From a virus: a stretch of DNA of 64,000 bases. Below, piece after piece: positions 60,917 to 64,000 of this stretch (within the stretch, counting starts at the first letter, position 1; each line of letters opens with the position of its first letter). The position numbers and the translations under genes are program-made. The stretch covers positions 33,307 through 97,306 of IMG/VR virus record IMGVR_UViG_3300031576_000011, one strand, 5' to 3'. The notes below the pieces were generated by a model, which saw nothing but the letters and a program-made list of their open reading frames with translations, was not told the origin of the DNA and made no database searches.

Positions 60917-61901
60917 GGCGTCCTCCTGGCCTGGCAGGCCGGCGTCTGGCAGAGTGCCCGTACAGCGTCCCCGAGCGTGTCGTGCTCATCGTAGAGCCCC
61001 TCCCGCAGCGCATCCCGGACCTGCGTGGCCGTCCGGTATGCCTCCGTGTGGTCCCCGTCCAGCGGCACGGGCTTGTGGCAGTCCGGGCAGTACGCGGCAC
61101 ACCCGACCCAGCGACGGATCACGGCGCGGCGGCGGGGCTTGCGCGGGCTCACGCTCCCTCGCATTCGAGGCAGAGCGTCCGGAACCCAGCCGGCGCGCAC
61201 TCCTCCACGCAGCACTCGCCCCCGCAGCCGGGGCAGAGGACGATCTGCTCCGTGGCCTTCCCGCAGCGTGGGCACTCGACATGCCTCTTGGCTTCTTGGC
61301 TGGCCTTGGGTGAGTTCTTCTTCGGCTTGCGTGGGCTCATCGCGTCCGTCCTTCCTCGGGCTGGGCCGCGGGGAGCGCGCGGATCACTTTCGCAAGCCGC
61401 ACTCCACACCGTGGCGAGTGCTCAAGGCCGGCATCCGGTGCGTCACACGCACCGCAACGCCAGCCCTCTGGCATCCCCACACCGTGACAGGCCCGCGCAT
61501 CCGCCTCCCCGCGCTCCCGCCACCCCTGCGCCCGGCCCTCGGCGCGGAGGGTCTGCATGAGGCGTTCGACGACACTCCACGCGGCGCTCGCGATCAGCAC
61601 CGCCATCCGGCCTTCGACATCGCGGCGCGTCTTGCAGGGCGGATCGTAGAGGTCTTCAAAGCAGGCTCCGGCAGATACGCGAGCGAACTCGCGCACGGTC
61701 AAGCGCGCCGTCTCCCGGTCCGCCTCCGTCCCATGCGGCGCGCTCATCGGGCCTCCGGGGTGCGCCGGGCGTGATGCGTGCAGAATCGGAAGCCGGGCGG
61801 CGAGTGGAGAGCGCATCGGGTTCCTCGCCGCGTCGTTGCTTCGCAGCGGGGATCTTTCTTCCATTCCGCGATCCGCTCGTCGCGTTGCTTATCGCGCACG
61901 C

Positions 61902-62270
61902 TCATCGGGCCTCCGTGGGCGGCGGGGTACTGGCGTTCAGCGCCTCGATCATCGCGACCGCCACGGCGGCGACTTGCACGAGTTCGGTGCGGAACCGGCG
62001 CAAGTCGAAGATCCTGGCGTCCGACGACTCACCGGTGGGATCGGTGAGAATGCGCCTGGCGAACCGTCCAGCGACGGCCACCATCTCACGCACCATCTCG
62101 ACGCGGCCCTCAACCGGGCACACGCACTCGTCCATCACCTCGCCCACTTCCTCGGCGAAGACCATCAGCCAGAAGCCGATGCCGAGCGGTCGCGCTTCCG
62201 GCGTACCCCACTTGAGATCCTGGCGAGCACGCTCGGCGGTCACCAGCGCCAGGACGTCGGATGTGCTCAT
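61902..62270 (-). CDS. MazG-like nucleotide pyrophosphohydrolase
   Basis: ER.RQD.KWG, EEVGEV, ELVQVAAVAVAMIE. Confidence 0.7.
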   Translation of the reverse strand: MSTSDVLALVTAERARQDLKWGTPEARPLGIGFWLMVFAEEVGEVMDECVCPVEGRVEMVREMVAVAGRFARRILTDPTGESSDARIFDLRRFRTELVQVAAVAVAMIEALNASTPPPTEAR

Positions 62271-62301
62271 CGTCCCTCCCGGCGCTGCGCGAGGGCCACG
62301 G

Positions 62302-62778
62302 CTACGCCTCCTTCGGCGGGGCGGCCAGCAGCGGCGGCAGGCGTCCAGCATCCAACGCGGTCGGCAACTCGCGCGCCAGCCGCTCCCCAACCGTCGCGCC
62401 GCCTGGCAGCACGAGGTACGCGAGGAACTCGTCGTCGAAGGTCGCGATGCCGCTGGCGACCGTCTCCAACTTGGCCTTGATCGCGAGCGCCAGCGCCCGC
62501 CAGCGCCTTCGCGTTTCCAGCGCGTGCGCCCGCTCGCGCGCACCCTGTCCGTGTCGCCGTCGTCCGGTTTCCGTGCGCTCGGCCTCGGCTGGCACGGGCA
62601 GCGGAAGAATGAATCGCACCCGCCGCGGCGGATCGGCGTACTGGAAGGCGACCATCGCCCCGCGTCCGTCGTCGTACCCGTAGACGAATCCGGTGGCGCC
62701 GTACCGCGCGCACGTCCGCTCGATTTCCATGCGGCTCCGCTCGGGCGCGACGCTGGTCTGGGAGGCGTACCTGTTCAC
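62302..62778 (-). CDS. Hypothetical phage protein
   Basis: YA..T.V...RS..EIE....YGA, RWRAL.L.IKAKLE. Confidence 0.7.
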   Translation of the reverse strand: MNRYASQTSVAPERSRMEIERTCARYGATGFVYGYDDGRGAMVAFQYADPPRRVRFILPLPVPAEAERTETGRRRHGQGARERAHALETRRRWRALALAIKAKLETVASGIATFDDEFLAYLVLPGGATVGERLARELPTALDAGRLPPLLAAPPKEA

Positions 62779-63488
62779 GAGACACCAGGCTGAGGCTCGG
62801 ACGCCGGCGCCCCTTCGAGGAATACGTCGTACACGGACGGCATGGAAACCTCAACGATCTCCCCATCAATCGGCGTGCCGAAGTCGACCGCCAGCGGGGT
62901 GATCCGGAAGTCGCGGCCGCAGCCGGCGCACCGGATGATCAGCGTGGGCGCGCCGGCGATGGGACCACGATCGATTACCAGGAAACCACTCGCAGCGTCG
63001 CAGCGGGGGCAGCGCCCTGGCAGCGTCGATCCGATCGCGAATAGACCGCTCACGGCGTTGCCACTCGCTTCGCGGCCGTGGCCTCCAGGTCCGTCGGGAA
63101 GAAACGCGGGCTCTCTCCTGGGTCTCTCCGCTTCGGTGGAGGCGCTGTCGGCGGAACGGCCGGACGCCACACCCGCTGGGGCGGCGGGTTGTAGTGGGAA
63201 CTGCCCCGCTCATCGGATGGCAGCATGGCCAGAAGGAGGAACACGAGCACAAGCAGAAAGACGACCGTCATCGGGATGTGGCCTCCCTGAGCAGCGCCTC
63301 GCGGCGCGCCCGCAACTTCCGGATCCGCCACCCAGTCCAGCACCAGCCCACCACGAAGATGGGCAGCGGCAGCACCAGCATCGCGGCCGGGATCATGAGC
63401 AGCATCCACCAGAACTGCTGATCGATCAGGCGCGCGATCTTGGCATGCGTCGCCTGGGCCTCCGCGACGGCGCCGATCGGGTGCAGCA

Positions 63489-63785
63489 TCATCGGGACCT
63501 CCCCAGCTTCCGGCGACGCGCGGCGGCCTTCCGGTAGTGCGCGTTCAGCAACTTCAGGGCCTTGCGCAGCACGACGCGGAGATCCCGCTTGCCCCAGAAC
63601 GTCACGGCGCTCGAGTCGTCGTCTCCCGGGTGGTGCAGGAACGGCCCGCGGTACTGCCGGCCACGCACGGTGACCGGGAGTTCGAGGTAGAACCGAAGGC
63701 CAGTGAAGCGTTCCCCGCCCGTTGCGATCTTGTCGATGATCTCGACGCGATGGGTCTGCTCCTCGGCGTAGATATTCAGGCGCAT
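63489..63785 (-). CDS. Hypothetical phage protein
   Basis: RBS GAGGAGG; DDDSSAVTFW. Confidence 0.65.
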   Translation of the reverse strand: MRLNIYAEEQTHRVEIIDKIATGGERFTGLRFYLELPVTVRGRQYRGPFLHHPGDDDSSAVTFWGKRDLRVVLRKALKLLNAHYRKAAARRRKLGRSR

Positions 63786-64000
63786 GGTTCCGCCTCCTCT
63801 GGCCTGGGGCCACGCCCAGGCATGTCTAGGTGCTTCCCGCACACCCGCTCGTAGCCGCCGTTCGCCGTCGGTTGACCGCAGTCCGCGTACGCGGGGCAGC
63901 CCTCGCGCTGGCATTTGTTCTCTGGACAGGGCTGGGGATCGTCCCACCCGAGCACCTCGAATGCATCCTCGAGCGCAGAGAGGCCGCCGGTGTAGTAGCA

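Larger units (their letters stand above)
1..64000. mobile_element. Phage or prophage segment, contractile tail; both ends lie outside the window
   Basis: Complete neck-sheath-tube-tape measure-baseplate-fibre gene order, phage replication/recombination genes, dense small ORFs with overlapping stop/start codons, no housekeeping genes. Confidence 0.95.

Overview
High-GC (about 70% by eye) segment of a contractile-tailed (myovirus-like) phage or prophage. 1-18.6 kb (+): neck, sheath, tube, tail chaperone with a -1 slippery site, tape measure, baseplate, tail fibre and small membrane/lysis genes. 18.7-23.4 kb (+): HTH regulators, a Cas4-like exonuclease and a recombination protein. 23.3-64 kb is almost all on the - strand. 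The main finding is a TIGR-Tas-like RNA-guided system at 23973-27503: a 400-aa Nop/IS110-C-terminal-like protein with no recognisable nuclease domain, a translationally coupled stand-alone HNH nuclease, and a 47-unit array with a 34-nt period in which two short conserved motifs alternate with two ~9-nt variable segments. Upstream are a DUF932-like gene and an SNF2 helicase whose intein contains a DUF559/Vsr-like endonuclease in a second reading frame. Further right are ~17 kb of small genes with paralogue sets and a repeated 14-bp motif, a ~0.9-kb TA-rich non-coding region, a replication initiator with palindromic iterons, and more accessory genes. No capsid, portal, large terminase, integrase, rRNA, tRNA or CRISPR array was seen. 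All family calls are motif recognition by eye, not database searches.
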